A stretch of DNA of 64,000 bases from Methanofollis sp. (lineage in GTDB: Archaea > Halobacteriota > Methanomicrobia > Methanomicrobiales > Methanofollaceae), in assembly GCA_030156225.1 (NCBI GenBank), contig JASGMW010000001.1, positions 3,364 to 67,363 of the forward strand. Reading direction: 5' to 3'. The position numbers and the translations under genes were made by a program. Below are positions 51,657 through 60,864 of this stretch, piece after piece; positions within the stretch are counted from its first letter, which is position 1; the number at the start of each line of letters is the position of its first letter. Under the pieces are notes generated by a model. It ran no database searches. It saw nothing but the letters and a program-made list of their open reading frames with translations, and had not been told where the DNA came from.

Positions 51657-52366
51657 GGCTCCTCCGCAAGATCGTTGCCAGAAAAACGATACCTGATAGA
51701 GGGCACGCTTTCGCCGTTCGTCATCTGATAGCAGAGGTCCCGTACCGTCGGATCGGCCGCGTCCACTTTCACCTCGATCATACCGTTCATCAACTGTTTC
51801 AGGGTTGAAATCGTCTTTTCGTCGACGCCCTCGGAGTTGAGGATATAGATGCCGATCCCGTTCACCCGCCTGATCCTGGCAGAGAGGATATGGAAAAAAC
51901 GGTAGATCACCTCGAGTCTGGTATAGATCAGAAAACTCGACAGAGAATTGACGCAGACCCGGATCCGCAACGTGCCAGGGAGATTATTTCGCGCCGCCTC
52001 GGTCCGCTGGATGCCGTTGAGGATCTTCGTGAACTTGATCCCTATGCCGGTCAGGTCCACCGGGCTCCCCACGTATTTTACCTGTTCCCCGTCGGGGATG
52101 GTCGGGACCATGGTCTTTGTGATGCAGTCGATGATCCAGAGGCGGTGGCCCTCGGATTCAGGAAGCCCGAAGTCCATGGCGATCTCCTGCGCATCCTGAT
52201 CGGCGGAGAGGACGATCGTATAGTCGGAGTTGCCGGGCTGCGCCAGATGCACGGCAAGACGTTCGGCATCGGCAAACGGGGGAGCAAGAAGAAGAACATT
52301 GGATCCTGGCAAAATACCGCCCATTTTTTCATCGATCTTCCTGATGCCGGTCTTGAACGGATCCAT
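51653..52366 (-). CDS. Inactive RecA/KaiC-like ATPase-fold protein
   Basis: KTGI..ID..MGG..PG start, no Walker A Lys, SPVDLTGIGI, NSLS..L, YRFFH. Confidence 0.75.
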   Translation of the reverse strand: MDPFKTGIRKIDEKMGGILPGSNVLLLAPPFADAERLAVHLAQPGNSDYTIVLSADQDAQEIAMDFGLPESEGHRLWIIDCITKTMVPTIPDGEQVKYVGSPVDLTGIGIKFTKILNGIQRTEAARNNLPGTLRIRVCVNSLSSFLIYTRLEVIYRFFHILSARIRRVNGIGIYILNSEGVDEKTISTLKQLMNGMIEVKVDAADPTVRDLCYQMTNGESVPSIRYRFSGNDLAEEP

Positions 52367-52368
52367 CT

Positions 52369-54219
52369 CTATCCTGCGATCAAGTGTATGAGGCCACCTA
52401 TTAAAAAGCCGAGCATGATCGTGTAGGCCGAAACCGCCAGCGTCACCCGTGCCCCCATCTGACGCAGCAGAATGGCGATTGTCGAGATGCAGGGCACAAA
52501 AAGGACGCTGATCACTGCAAACGTATAGAGCTGGACGGCGGTCAGCACCGAACCGAGGTCTGCGGTGCCTGAGAGCACGGCAAGGGTTTCGAACGCCATC
52601 TCCTTGCGCAGGATCCCGAAGAGGAGAGCGGTTGTGGCATATGCAGGGAGCCCGAGCACACCCTCGGAGATCGGGGCGATCATGAGGGAGAAGGCGTCCA
52701 TCGCACCGTAGTAATCGAGGGCGCCGAGGACGACGCTGCCAAGAAGCAGCAGGGGCATGGCGATGAAGAGAAACTCCCGGATCCGCGTCCACGACTTCTT
52801 CAGGACCATCCCGGGATCAGGCATCCGCAACGGCACTATCTCCAGGATCATACCATACTGCCCGCCCGGGATGTTTCGCGCCAGAAAAACGCCGGTGAGA
52901 ACGATCAGGACGAACACGATCAGGTAGATGGAGAGGGCCGCCAACAGCCCGACAAACGCCGCCACGATCCCGGTGATGATCACCGTTCTGGCCGAGCAGG
53001 GGACCATGGTGACCAGAAAGGCCGCAATCGTCCGTTCCCGCCCTGTCCGCAGTTGACTCGCCGCCATGACCGCGGGCACATTGCAGCCGAAGGCCATCAC
53101 CATCGGGATGATGGCGCCGCCGTGGAGGCCGAAGCCGTGCATCACCCGGTCGGCAAGGAACGCCGCCCGCGTGAGGTATCCGGTGTCCTCAATGATGGAG
53201 AGGAGGATGTAAAAGATGAAGACAAAGGGAAAGGCGATGCCGAGGCCGGCAACGATGGCGAGGAGAGCCGCCATACCGAGGGCGGTGGCAAGCGGGGGAA
53301 GGGAAAGGGCCTGAAAAGGTTCGATCACAAGGGCAGTGAAGACCTCGACGATCAGCCCCTCCAGAAACGAACCGGCGACAAAAACGATGAGCAGCATTGA
53401 GAGGAGAACAGCGATCAGGATCGGGATGCCCGGGATCGCCTTCGTCAGCAGCCGGTCGGCCGAGAAGCGTCGGTCAGGTTTCTGTGCCCCGACAACATCG
53501 GCGGCGATCCGACGGGCACAGAGGTGTCGGTTTGCACCGATGATCTGAGGGGCGGCCATGTGGTTGAGGGACTCGATCTCCCCGGCAATCGTTTGCGCTC
53601 CCTCGACGAGGTCGCCGGCAGTGCCGATACCCTGAAGGGCCATGAGGGCCTGAAGGCGGGTGGCGCCGTAGAGTTTGCCGAGGCTCCTGATCGCGGCCTC
53701 GATCTGCGGCGTGTAGGGAACGGTGATCCCGGCGGGCCGCGCCGAGGAGAGGACCGCCGGCACGATCTCGTTGATATTTTTTCCCAGAGATGCGGCGGTC
53801 TCGATCACCGGCACTCCCAGGATCGAGGAGAGGCTCTCGCTGTCGATGGCGATCCCCTGGTGCGCCGCCTCGTCGATCATGTTGATGACGACGATCATCG
53901 GAACCCGGTACTCGGCGAGCTGGAGGAGGAGGTAGAGGTTCCGTTCCATCCTGGTGGCGTCCAGCACGGCAATCACCGCATCGGGGGTGCTGGTAAGAAG
54001 ATAGGTGCGGACAAGTTCTTCCTCTGCCGATTCGCCGTCCATCGAATAGATTCCCGGGAGATCGACGATCTCCAGAGAAGATTTCTGATAGCAAAGTTTC
54101 CCCTGCATCAGTTCGACCGTCGTCCCCGGATAGTTGCTCACCTCGACACCAAGACCGGTGAGCTGGTTGAAGATCAGGGATTTGCCGACGTTTGGATTGC
54201 CGATAAGGGCACATCTCAT
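52369..54219 (-). CDS. feoB: Ferrous iron transporter FeoB
   Basis: GNPNVGKS, NYPGTTV, DLPGIY, NMID, FGCNVPA, VPCSAR, RKE, VPC.ST. Confidence 0.96.
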   Translation of the reverse strand: MRCALIGNPNVGKSLIFNQLTGLGVEVSNYPGTTVELMQGKLCYQKSSLEIVDLPGIYSMDGESAEEELVRTYLLTSTPDAVIAVLDATRMERNLYLLLQLAEYRVPMIVVINMIDEAAHQGIAIDSESLSSILGVPVIETAASLGKNINEIVPAVLSSARPAGITVPYTPQIEAAIRSLGKLYGATRLQALMALQGIGTAGDLVEGAQTIAGEIESLNHMAAPQIIGANRHLCARRIAADVVGAQKPDRRFSADRLLTKAIPGIPILIAVLLSMLLIVFVAGSFLEGLIVEVFTALVIEPFQALSLPPLATALGMAALLAIVAGLGIAFPFVFIFYILLSIIEDTGYLTRAAFLADRVMHGFGLHGGAIIPMVMAFGCNVPAVMAASQLRTGRERTIAAFLVTMVPCSARTVIITGIVAAFVGLLAALSIYLIVFVLIVLTGVFLARNIPGGQYGMILEIVPLRMPDPGMVLKKSWTRIREFLFIAMPLLLLGSVVLGALDYYGAMDAFSLMIAPISEGVLGLPAYATTALLFGILRKEMAFETLAVLSGTADLGSVLTAVQLYTFAVISVLFVPCISTIAILLRQMGARVTLAVSAYTIMLGFLIGGLIHLIAG

Positions 54220-54842
54220 CTGACCGGCTCCGCAAAAACGGTCGATGCGATCTCAGGAGAGAGAGCGATATCCGCACCCTTCACCCTGACCACAATGGCG
54301 TTGTTATGGAGTTTGCGCCTGATGACGATCTGTTCGCCCGGTATGAGGCCGAGGTCGATCAGTCGCCGGTTCCGGCCGAGACACCGGATCATGGTGATCT
54401 CGATGAGATCGCCCTCGGCAAAGTCCAGCAGGCTGCGCTCACGGCAACGGCCGGCACAGTGCCGCCTCTGGCCATGGCCGGGTCGCTCGATGTACCTGGA
54501 GAGGCGATCGATGGTGTCGTCTGAGATCCCGTGCTCGAGGACACAGGCTTCCTTTGAAGCCGCCCCGGTGTCCATGCCGAGCATCTCGCAGAGAAAACAT
54601 TCAAGCACCCGGTGCTTTCTGAGGACCGATTCGGCAACGGTTTTTCCTTCGGGAGAGAGAAGATACTCCCCGTTTTCCAGCCGGACCGCTCCCTCGGCGA
54701 CAAGGCCTGCGAGACCTGCCTCGACCGCGGCCTGGTTCGCGTCCACCGCCGCCATGATCCCTTCTGCGGTCACAGAGCCGCCGTTTGCCTGCGTCAGAGT
54801 AAGAATTGCCTCAAGGCAGTCTTCACGGACGGAGGTATTCAT
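54216..54842 (-). CDS. DtxR/MntR-family metal-dependent regulator with C-terminal FeoA domain
   Basis: EDCLEAI, RKHRVLECFL, EAC.LEH, FeoA RRL.DLG..PG; start ATG 54842. Confidence 0.88.
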   Translation of the reverse strand: MNTSVREDCLEAILTLTQANGGSVTAEGIMAAVDANQAAVEAGLAGLVAEGAVRLENGEYLLSPEGKTVAESVLRKHRVLECFLCEMLGMDTGAASKEACVLEHGISDDTIDRLSRYIERPGHGQRRHCAGRCRERSLLDFAEGDLIEITMIRCLGRNRRLIDLGLIPGEQIVIRRKLHNNAIVVRVKGADIALSPEIASTVFAEPVR

Positions 54843-54846
54843 ATAC

Positions 54847-54873
54847 CCCATTTGGGCTTTTTGCTCATATGGG
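54847..54873. promoter_or_regulatory. Imperfect palindrome, putative metal-regulator operator
   Basis: CCCATTTGGGC-TTTTT-GCTCATATGGG (9/11 arm match) immediately upstream of the DtxR-like start. Confidence 0.5.
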
Positions 54874-54957
54874 TTTGCTTCTCTGCAGGAAGGAAGATCT
54901 ACGATAGGGCCGTCACTCAAGCGCTATATAGGAACAATTCCACCTTCATGCATGGCG

Positions 54958-56637
54958 ATGAGCAACCGGCAGGTGGCCCTGATACTCGGCGAGATCGGAG
55001 CGCTGCTGGAGATCCAGGGGGAAAACCCCTTCAGGGTCAGGGCATATGCGCGGGCGGCCGACCAGATCGATCGTCTTGCACACCCGGTTTCCACCCTGAG
55101 CAGAGAGGACCTTGAAGCGATACCCGGTATTGGGGAGGCGATCGCCGGAAAAATACAGGAGATCATGAACACCGGTACCTGCGCCGAACTCGAGCGGCTC
55201 CGTACCGCCACCCCGTCAGGTCTGATCCAGCTCCTCGATCTCACCGGCGTTGGTCCGAAGACTGTCAGAAAGCTCTGGATGGACCTCGGGGTGGACGGAA
55301 TCGACGCCCTTGAGGCTGCAGCAAGAAATCGCCGGATCAGGGCCCTGAAAGGGTTCGGAGCAAAGAAGGAGGGGGAGATCCTCAGGGCGATCGCAGAGGC
55401 GAGACAGAGGGCCGGGAGGATGAACCGGGCCGAGGCCGAACGACTGGCCTCGACGCTGATCGCCGCGATCCCGGGAGAGGCGTGGGTGGCAGGGAGCCTG
55501 CGGCGCGGCCGCTCCACCATCGGGGACATCGACATCGTCACGACGGCACCGCCGGGGGAGACGAACCTGGCTCTCAGGCGGATGGCAGATGCCGTTATCG
55601 ATGAGGGGGAGAGAAAAATATCGGTGATGATCGGCGGGCGGCGGGCCGACATCCGCTACACGACGCCGGGTGAGTGCGGCGCCATGCTCCTGTACCTCAC
55701 CGGGTCGCAGGCCTTCAATATCAGGCTCAGGGAGATTGCCGGGAGATGCGGGATGCGCCTGAACGAGTACGGTCTGACTGTCCGGGACTCTTCCGCACGC
55801 CTCGTCTTTGCGACGGAGGAGGAGGTGTTCGCTGCCCTCGGCATGAGCCCGGTGCCCCCCGAACTCCGTGAAGACCGGGGTGAGATCGAAAAAGCACTGG
55901 AAGGCCACCTCCCCGCCCTCCTTACCCGGGAGGAGATCAGGGGCGACCTCCATGTCCACTCTGAGTGGAGCGACGGCGTGCTCTCCCTCAGGGAGATCGC
56001 TGCAGAGGGGGAGAGGATGGGCTACGAGTACATCCTGGTCACCGATCATGCGGCCGGCATCGGGATCGCTCATGGCCTCGATGCCGAACGGCTGGAGAAA
56101 CAGCGGCAGGAGATCAGGGTGGTGAACAGGACCGCCTCCTGCACCCTCCTCGCCGGGGTCGAGGCTGACATTCTCCCGGACGGGCGGCTGTCCCTCCCTG
56201 ATGCAGCGCTTGAGGCCTGCGATCTGGTGATCGCCTCGGTGCACTCGGCCTTCAGGCAGGACGGCGACACCATGACGAGAAGGTTGATCGCCGCTCTCGA
56301 AAACGAGCACGTCGACATCCTGGGGCACCCGACCGCACGCCTCATCGGTCACCGGCCGCCAGTAGCGCTCGATATCGCGAGGGTGATCGAGGCGGCGGCC
56401 GAAACCGAGACGGCTCTTGAGATCAACGCCTCGCCGGTGCGGATGGATCTGGATGATATTTATATCAGGCAGGCAAAAGAGAGGGGCGTGACACTTGCAA
56501 TCGGAACAGATACTCACCACAGACCTGAATTTGCCCACATGAGATATGGTGTCGCCCTTGCCCGCCGGGGGTGGTGCGGATCGGGTGATCTCCTCAACAC
56601 CCGGACCGCCGACACCCTTCTGGAGAGACGGCCATGA
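54958..56637 (+). CDS. polX: DNA polymerase X with PHP exonuclease domain
   Basis: GENPFR.RAY, HhH GIGE/GVGPK, GSLRR...GDIDI, RADIR, TGS, PPELRE; PHP HVH, TDH, HPT, D.H. Confidence 0.94.
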   Translation: MSNRQVALILGEIGALLEIQGENPFRVRAYARAADQIDRLAHPVSTLSREDLEAIPGIGEAIAGKIQEIMNTGTCAELERLRTATPSGLIQLLDLTGVGPKTVRKLWMDLGVDGIDALEAAARNRRIRALKGFGAKKEGEILRAIAEARQRAGRMNRAEAERLASTLIAAIPGEAWVAGSLRRGRSTIGDIDIVTTAPPGETNLALRRMADAVIDEGERKISVMIGGRRADIRYTTPGECGAMLLYLTGSQAFNIRLREIAGRCGMRLNEYGLTVRDSSARLVFATEEEVFAALGMSPVPPELREDRGEIEKALEGHLPALLTREEIRGDLHVHSEWSDGVLSLREIAAEGERMGYEYILVTDHAAGIGIAHGLDAERLEKQRQEIRVVNRTASCTLLAGVEADILPDGRLSLPDAALEACDLVIASVHSAFRQDGDTMTRRLIAALENEHVDILGHPTARLIGHRPPVALDIARVIEAAAETETALEINASPVRMDLDDIYIRQAKERGVTLAIGTDTHHRPEFAHMRYGVALARRGWCGSGDLLNTRTADTLLERRP

Positions 56638-57227
56638 TCCGCTGGTATTATGAATGGATGCTGCAGCGAAACCTCACTGTTCTTCCCCGCGATATCTGTT
56701 TCATGATCACCGAAGAGGATCTGGTCGAGGCCCCGCAGAAGATCGTCGAGGTGGCCGGGTGGTGCCGGGATGTCGGACTGGCAGCCGCCACCTTTCACAT
56801 ATCCACCGACGACCCTGACCGGATCATACCGTACCTGACCGAGATCAGGAAAATATCTGCCATCGGCAGGCTCCACCTTCATTTCGGCGACCATGTCGAA
56901 ACGGCAGGGACCGCCGGGATGAACGTCATCGTCGCCGTCGGCAAGAGCGGGAGAGAGGAGATCGCCGCATGCATCAAAAAGATCGCTGCGGAAGGGGTCC
57001 GTGCCGAAGAGATCGACGAGGCGGTGATCGAACGGCACCTCACCTTCAGGTGCGCCCCTGATCTGGTGATCAAGACCGGCGGCAGTTATCTCACCGATTT
57101 TCTTATCTGGCAGTCGGTCTATTCGGAATTTTTTTTCCTGGACGTGAACTGGAAATGGTTCAGAAAGATCGACTTCCTCAGGGCACTGAGAGATTTTGGG
57201 GCAAGAGGAAGACGGTTCGGATCATGA
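56634..57227 (+). CDS. Non-catalytic cis-prenyltransferase-like subunit (Nus1/NgBR-like)
   Basis: PDLVIKTGG..LTDFLIWQSVYSE; lacks DGNRR (ITEEDL instead); C-terminal RRFG. Confidence 0.8.
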   Translation: MIRWYYEWMLQRNLTVLPRDICFMITEEDLVEAPQKIVEVAGWCRDVGLAAATFHISTDDPDRIIPYLTEIRKISAIGRLHLHFGDHVETAGTAGMNVIVAVGKSGREEIAACIKKIAAEGVRAEEIDEAVIERHLTFRCAPDLVIKTGGSYLTDFLIWQSVYSEFFFLDVNWKWFRKIDFLRALRDFGARGRRFGS

Positions 57228-57233
57228 ATCACC

Positions 57234-57998
57234 CTATTCTCCGGCGCGGATCCGCTGGTCGTAGACGCGGATCGCCCGCAGGAGATCGATTTTTCTGAAA
57301 AGCGGCCAGTACGGCGCACAGAAATAGACGGCGCACTCGTTTCCGTTCGCCATCCACGGCAGGAAGTTCGAGGTGCGCCGTTCGTTTCCGGTCCTGATGA
57401 TCAGGTCGACCGGCGGGAGGGGGATGTCCTCGTACAGGTAGCGCTCGACGGTGCGCGGCGTGATCTCTTCGGGGGCGATGACGCCTTTGCGGACGCCGCC
57501 GACGATCCGGCGGGCGGCATGGACGATCTCGTTCCGTCCTCCATAGGCAAGGGCGACATTCAGGAAAAAATGGCTGTAATGGCGGGTGGCTTCTTCGGCG
57601 GCATTGACAGTCTCCAGAAGGTCGGCGGGGAGCATCGACCGGTCCCCGATCATCTGGACCCTGATCTGATTTCTGTGGACCCGCTCGTCGCTGAGGATGC
57701 TGATGAAATTCTCTTTGAATATTTCGAAGAGATCATTGACCTCACGCTTGTCGCGGTTGAAATTCTCGGTGGAGAACGAATAGAGGGTGATCGTCCGGAT
57801 CCCGATATCCTCTATCCATTCGAGCACCTGCTGGGTCGTTTCGGCGCCCGCACGATGACCCTCGATCGTTTCGACGCCGAGGAGCCTGGCATACCTGCGG
57901 TTGCCGTCCTGGATGATGGCGATGTGATCCGGGATATGTTTGCACTGCCACCTGAGGTATCGTTCGTAGAGCGGATAGACCCGGTTTCTGATCCTCAG
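57234..57998 (-). CDS. uppS: cis-prenyltransferase (polyprenyl diphosphate synthase), CTG start
   Basis: HIAIIQDGNRRY, GH..G, YSFSTENF.R, YGGR.EI, DLIIRTG.E.R.SNFLPW. The frame extends 57 codons upstream of the listed GTG to a CTG behind GGAGGTGA. Confidence 0.9.
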   Translation of the reverse strand: MRIRNRVYPLYERYLRWQCKHIPDHIAIIQDGNRRYARLLGVETIEGHRAGAETTQQVLEWIEDIGIRTITLYSFSTENFNRDKREVNDLFEIFKENFISILSDERVHRNQIRVQMIGDRSMLPADLLETVNAAEEATRHYSHFFLNVALAYGGRNEIVHAARRIVGGVRKGVIAPEEITPRTVERYLYEDIPLPPVDLIIRTGNERRTSNFLPWMANGNECAVYFCAPYWPLFRKIDLLRAIRVYDQRIRAGE

Positions 57999-58996
57999 AG
58001 CGGCGTCACCTCCAGAATGATCCCCCCGTTCGGGTAGCGCTCGATCACCGACTTTTTGCCGGGGAGTTCATGCTTCAATTCGGCAAGCACCCACCAGGCC
58101 ATTTCAACCTGATTGCCAGAGACCTCGATGTCATACCTATGTTCGCTGAGGATCGCCGGGAGGGCGCCGTCTTCCAGTTCGAGGACGCCATAGACGACGG
58201 TGCCGTCCCGGGTGATCTCATCGAAGGGACGGGCGGTGTTTTCGGCGATACGCCTGAGCCTCTCCCGCAGCTGGACCGAGTCTTTGAAGCTGGACGAACA
58301 GAAATGGACCTTCGGGTCGTCGAGAAGCATATCTGCCAGCGCCGCAGCCCCGCCGACGGCGTTGTGGAGACCGTCCTCGAGGTCGAGACCGCGCGCACGC
58401 ATCGCTTCGGCGTTTGTCTCGCTCCACTCGAGTTCGTTGATGTTGAGGAAGTCGAGTTCGGGAAGGATCGCCCTGAGGGCCTCGATGTCGGGCAGGGAGG
58501 GGACTTCGATCCCGATCGAGAAACCAAGGCGGCGTGCGGTCCTGACCGAGCGGGCATAGGGCGATTCGAGGATGCGCCCCCAGACTTCCTGCGGGGGGTG
58601 GAGACGGACCTCGTCGACAAGCCCGCGGAGCGGGAGAAGTTGCGCTTCTGTCGGTGCGATGCCGGTGTAGAGGTGGATATGATGGTCGGGACCGAAGTGC
58701 TCTTTCAACAGCCGGCAGGAGCGGACGACCCGGTCGAGCACCAGGAAGGGTTCGCCCCCGGTGATGCCGCTCCCGAGGGCGCTCATTGTCTCTGCCTCCT
58801 CGATGATGTCGGCGGGCGTCGTCACCACCCGATCGTTGGCATAGATCGCGTCGCCGTTCCGCCGTTTTTCGGAGATGGGGCAGTACCAGCAGTCCCGTCC
58901 GCACCTGCCGGTCACAAACAGGACCATCTTGGCGCCCTCATAGCACAGGACGCATCCCCTGGAGAGGAGAGGAGTGTTTTCGCCAGTACCGCTCAT
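57995..58996 (-). CDS. Archaeal radical SAM protein (COG2108-like)
   Basis: GC.LC..GAKMVLFVTG.C...CWYCP, ITGGEP, HLYT, FLNINELE, HFCSS.FKD. Confidence 0.88.
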   Translation of the reverse strand: MSGTGENTPLLSRGCVLCYEGAKMVLFVTGRCGRDCWYCPISEKRRNGDAIYANDRVVTTPADIIEEAETMSALGSGITGGEPFLVLDRVVRSCRLLKEHFGPDHHIHLYTGIAPTEAQLLPLRGLVDEVRLHPPQEVWGRILESPYARSVRTARRLGFSIGIEVPSLPDIEALRAILPELDFLNINELEWSETNAEAMRARGLDLEDGLHNAVGGAAALADMLLDDPKVHFCSSSFKDSVQLRERLRRIAENTARPFDEITRDGTVVYGVLELEDGALPAILSEHRYDIEVSGNQVEMAWWVLAELKHELPGKKSVIERYPNGGIILEVTPL

Positions 58997-59118
58997 TTCG
59001 TTTTCCGTCCGATCCGGATGTATCGTTATATGTGTACTCCAGGTTTTCTTAACGCTATCCGAGCAGGCGGGTACATTCTGAAAGGAATATATAGAGGCCT
59101 GTAAAGAACACGGGTACA

Positions 59119-60015
59119 ATGGCAACCGCCAAGAGAGAGGAAGCACTCTCAGAAGTCGTCGGATTCGTGCTCCTTCTGGGAGTACTCGTCATGGCGCTCT
59201 CTGTCTACCAGCTCTATGCGGTGCCGGCGCAGGGGCGGGCGAACGAGATCGCGCAGATGAACATGGTGAAGGACAGGTTCACCGACTACAAGATCGCCCT
59301 CGATTCGCTCTGGGTGAACAATGCGACCGGCGTGACCCTCTCGACGGCGTTCGACCTCGGGACCGGTGCGGCGGCGACGCAGGGCGGGGGGATATCCCTT
59401 CCGATCCTCAACCCGGCGGGGTCGTCGGGGGCGGTGAGCGTCAGATCGGGCGGAGAGAACCTGACGATCGAAACTCCGACCTATACGACGCGCATCCCGC
59501 TCGGCAGTCTCCGGTACGTCTCCGGCAACAACTACTGGGTGGACCAGACCTGGACCTACCAGATGGGTGCGGTGTTTCTCACCCAGACCGGCGGGACGAC
59601 GGTGCGGGTCGCCCCGCCGTTTTCGGTCTACAATGTCAGCGGCAACGCTTCGGTGTGCATCACACCGGTCAACCTGACGGGATCGGCCCTCCTCGCCGGG
59701 TCCGGGCCGGTGCGGATCGAAACGCGGCTGCGTGACATGCCGCCCTACACGAACCTCACCGGCGTTTTTTCCCGGGTGAACATCTCGATCGATGCGGGCG
59801 ACGAGGAGCATGCGCACGCATGGGAGAGAGTCTTCAGGGAAACGGTACAGCGCGAGGGGATCGACCCCTCGTGGTATGAGTTCGGCAGCACGGACGAAAC
59901 GGCATACATACGCATCATAGGCCCTTCTGACGATGCAACATCTGACGTCACCCTCAGAACCGTCCGGGCAGATTATCTGGTGAGCGTTGCAACAGCGGCA
60001 TCGCTGATCGCGTGA
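59119..60015 (+). CDS. Archaeal type IV pilin-like protein
   Basis: Class III signal KREEA|LSEVVGFVLLLG, then a beta-rich domain (YQMGAVF). Confidence 0.8.
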   Translation: MATAKREEALSEVVGFVLLLGVLVMALSVYQLYAVPAQGRANEIAQMNMVKDRFTDYKIALDSLWVNNATGVTLSTAFDLGTGAAATQGGGISLPILNPAGSSGAVSVRSGGENLTIETPTYTTRIPLGSLRYVSGNNYWVDQTWTYQMGAVFLTQTGGTTVRVAPPFSVYNVSGNASVCITPVNLTGSALLAGSGPVRIETRLRDMPPYTNLTGVFSRVNISIDAGDEEHAHAWERVFRETVQREGIDPSWYEFGSTDETAYIRIIGPSDDATSDVTLRTVRADYLVSVATAASLIA

Positions 60016-60025
60016 GGCAAAGAAG

Positions 60026-60853
60026 ATGATATTGAGGGACGAAGAGGCCGTTTCCGAGGTGATCGGCACCGTGCTCCTGATCTCGCTGACCGTGCTCGGG
60101 GTGGCGATCGTGGCGGTGGCGCTCTTCTCCCAGCCGCCGCCCACCGAGATCCCGCATGTGAGCGTCGTTGCAGGAAGGTCGGCCGACAACGCCACCTTCG
60201 TGCTTTTCCATGAGGGCGGCGACGCCCTCGCCAGGGGGAACTACCACATCTATGCGGACACCGGGAGCGGGCTCGTGGATCTGACCGATAATTTCACTCT
60301 TGCAGGCGACGATATCTGGTCGATCGGCGAGAATCTCACCTATGACGGGGACGGCACCCAGATCAAGCGTGTGGTGGTCTCGGCCGTCGACCCGGGCGGC
60401 GGCGAGACGATGATCGCCGAACCGAATGCGGCCGGGACGGGGGACGCCGGAGGATATGCGGACACCGGGGGGTCAGGGACATGGCCGGTGGTGGTAGTGA
60501 CGCCGGAGCCGACCCCGACACCTGAAGAGATTATCGTATCCCCTGAAATGGTGACCGACATAGAATGGCAGCAGCAGTTTGATTTTGCCGCCAAGATAGA
60601 GAGAAACGACACAGAAAGAGTCGATCTTATAATCTACAACTATGATGATGCTAGAAGCGGACCGGATAAGAAAATCACTAGCGCACAAGCGTATGAAATG
60701 ACAAAAAATGCCGCAATGGACTTTTACTATAACAGGACACTCCAGATAACCGGCTCCATAGGACAGACCGGCGACAGGATCTCCATTACCGTCATCGCGT
60801 ATAACGCAACAGACATCATCGCAAGTCAGTCAGTTCTTTCGATAATTCAATAA
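60026..60853 (+). CDS. Type IV pilin (Pilin_N/DUF1628)
   Basis: EEA|VSEVIGTVLL, PP...P, HEGGD, WSIGE. Confidence 0.85.
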   Translation: MILRDEEAVSEVIGTVLLISLTVLGVAIVAVALFSQPPPTEIPHVSVVAGRSADNATFVLFHEGGDALARGNYHIYADTGSGLVDLTDNFTLAGDDIWSIGENLTYDGDGTQIKRVVVSAVDPGGGETMIAEPNAAGTGDAGGYADTGGSGTWPVVVVTPEPTPTPEEIIVSPEMVTDIEWQQQFDFAAKIERNDTERVDLIIYNYDDARSGPDKKITSAQAYEMTKNAAMDFYYNRTLQITGSIGQTGDRISITVIAYNATDIIASQSVLSIIQ

Positions 60854-60864
60854 CGGCACGAGGT

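Noticed and set aside
53524-54951. N-terminal ~476 aa of the 1037-aa ORF, suggesting a giant PolX fusion
   Set aside because: Antisense to feoB and the DtxR-like gene; PolX homology starts at M-S-N-R (54958).
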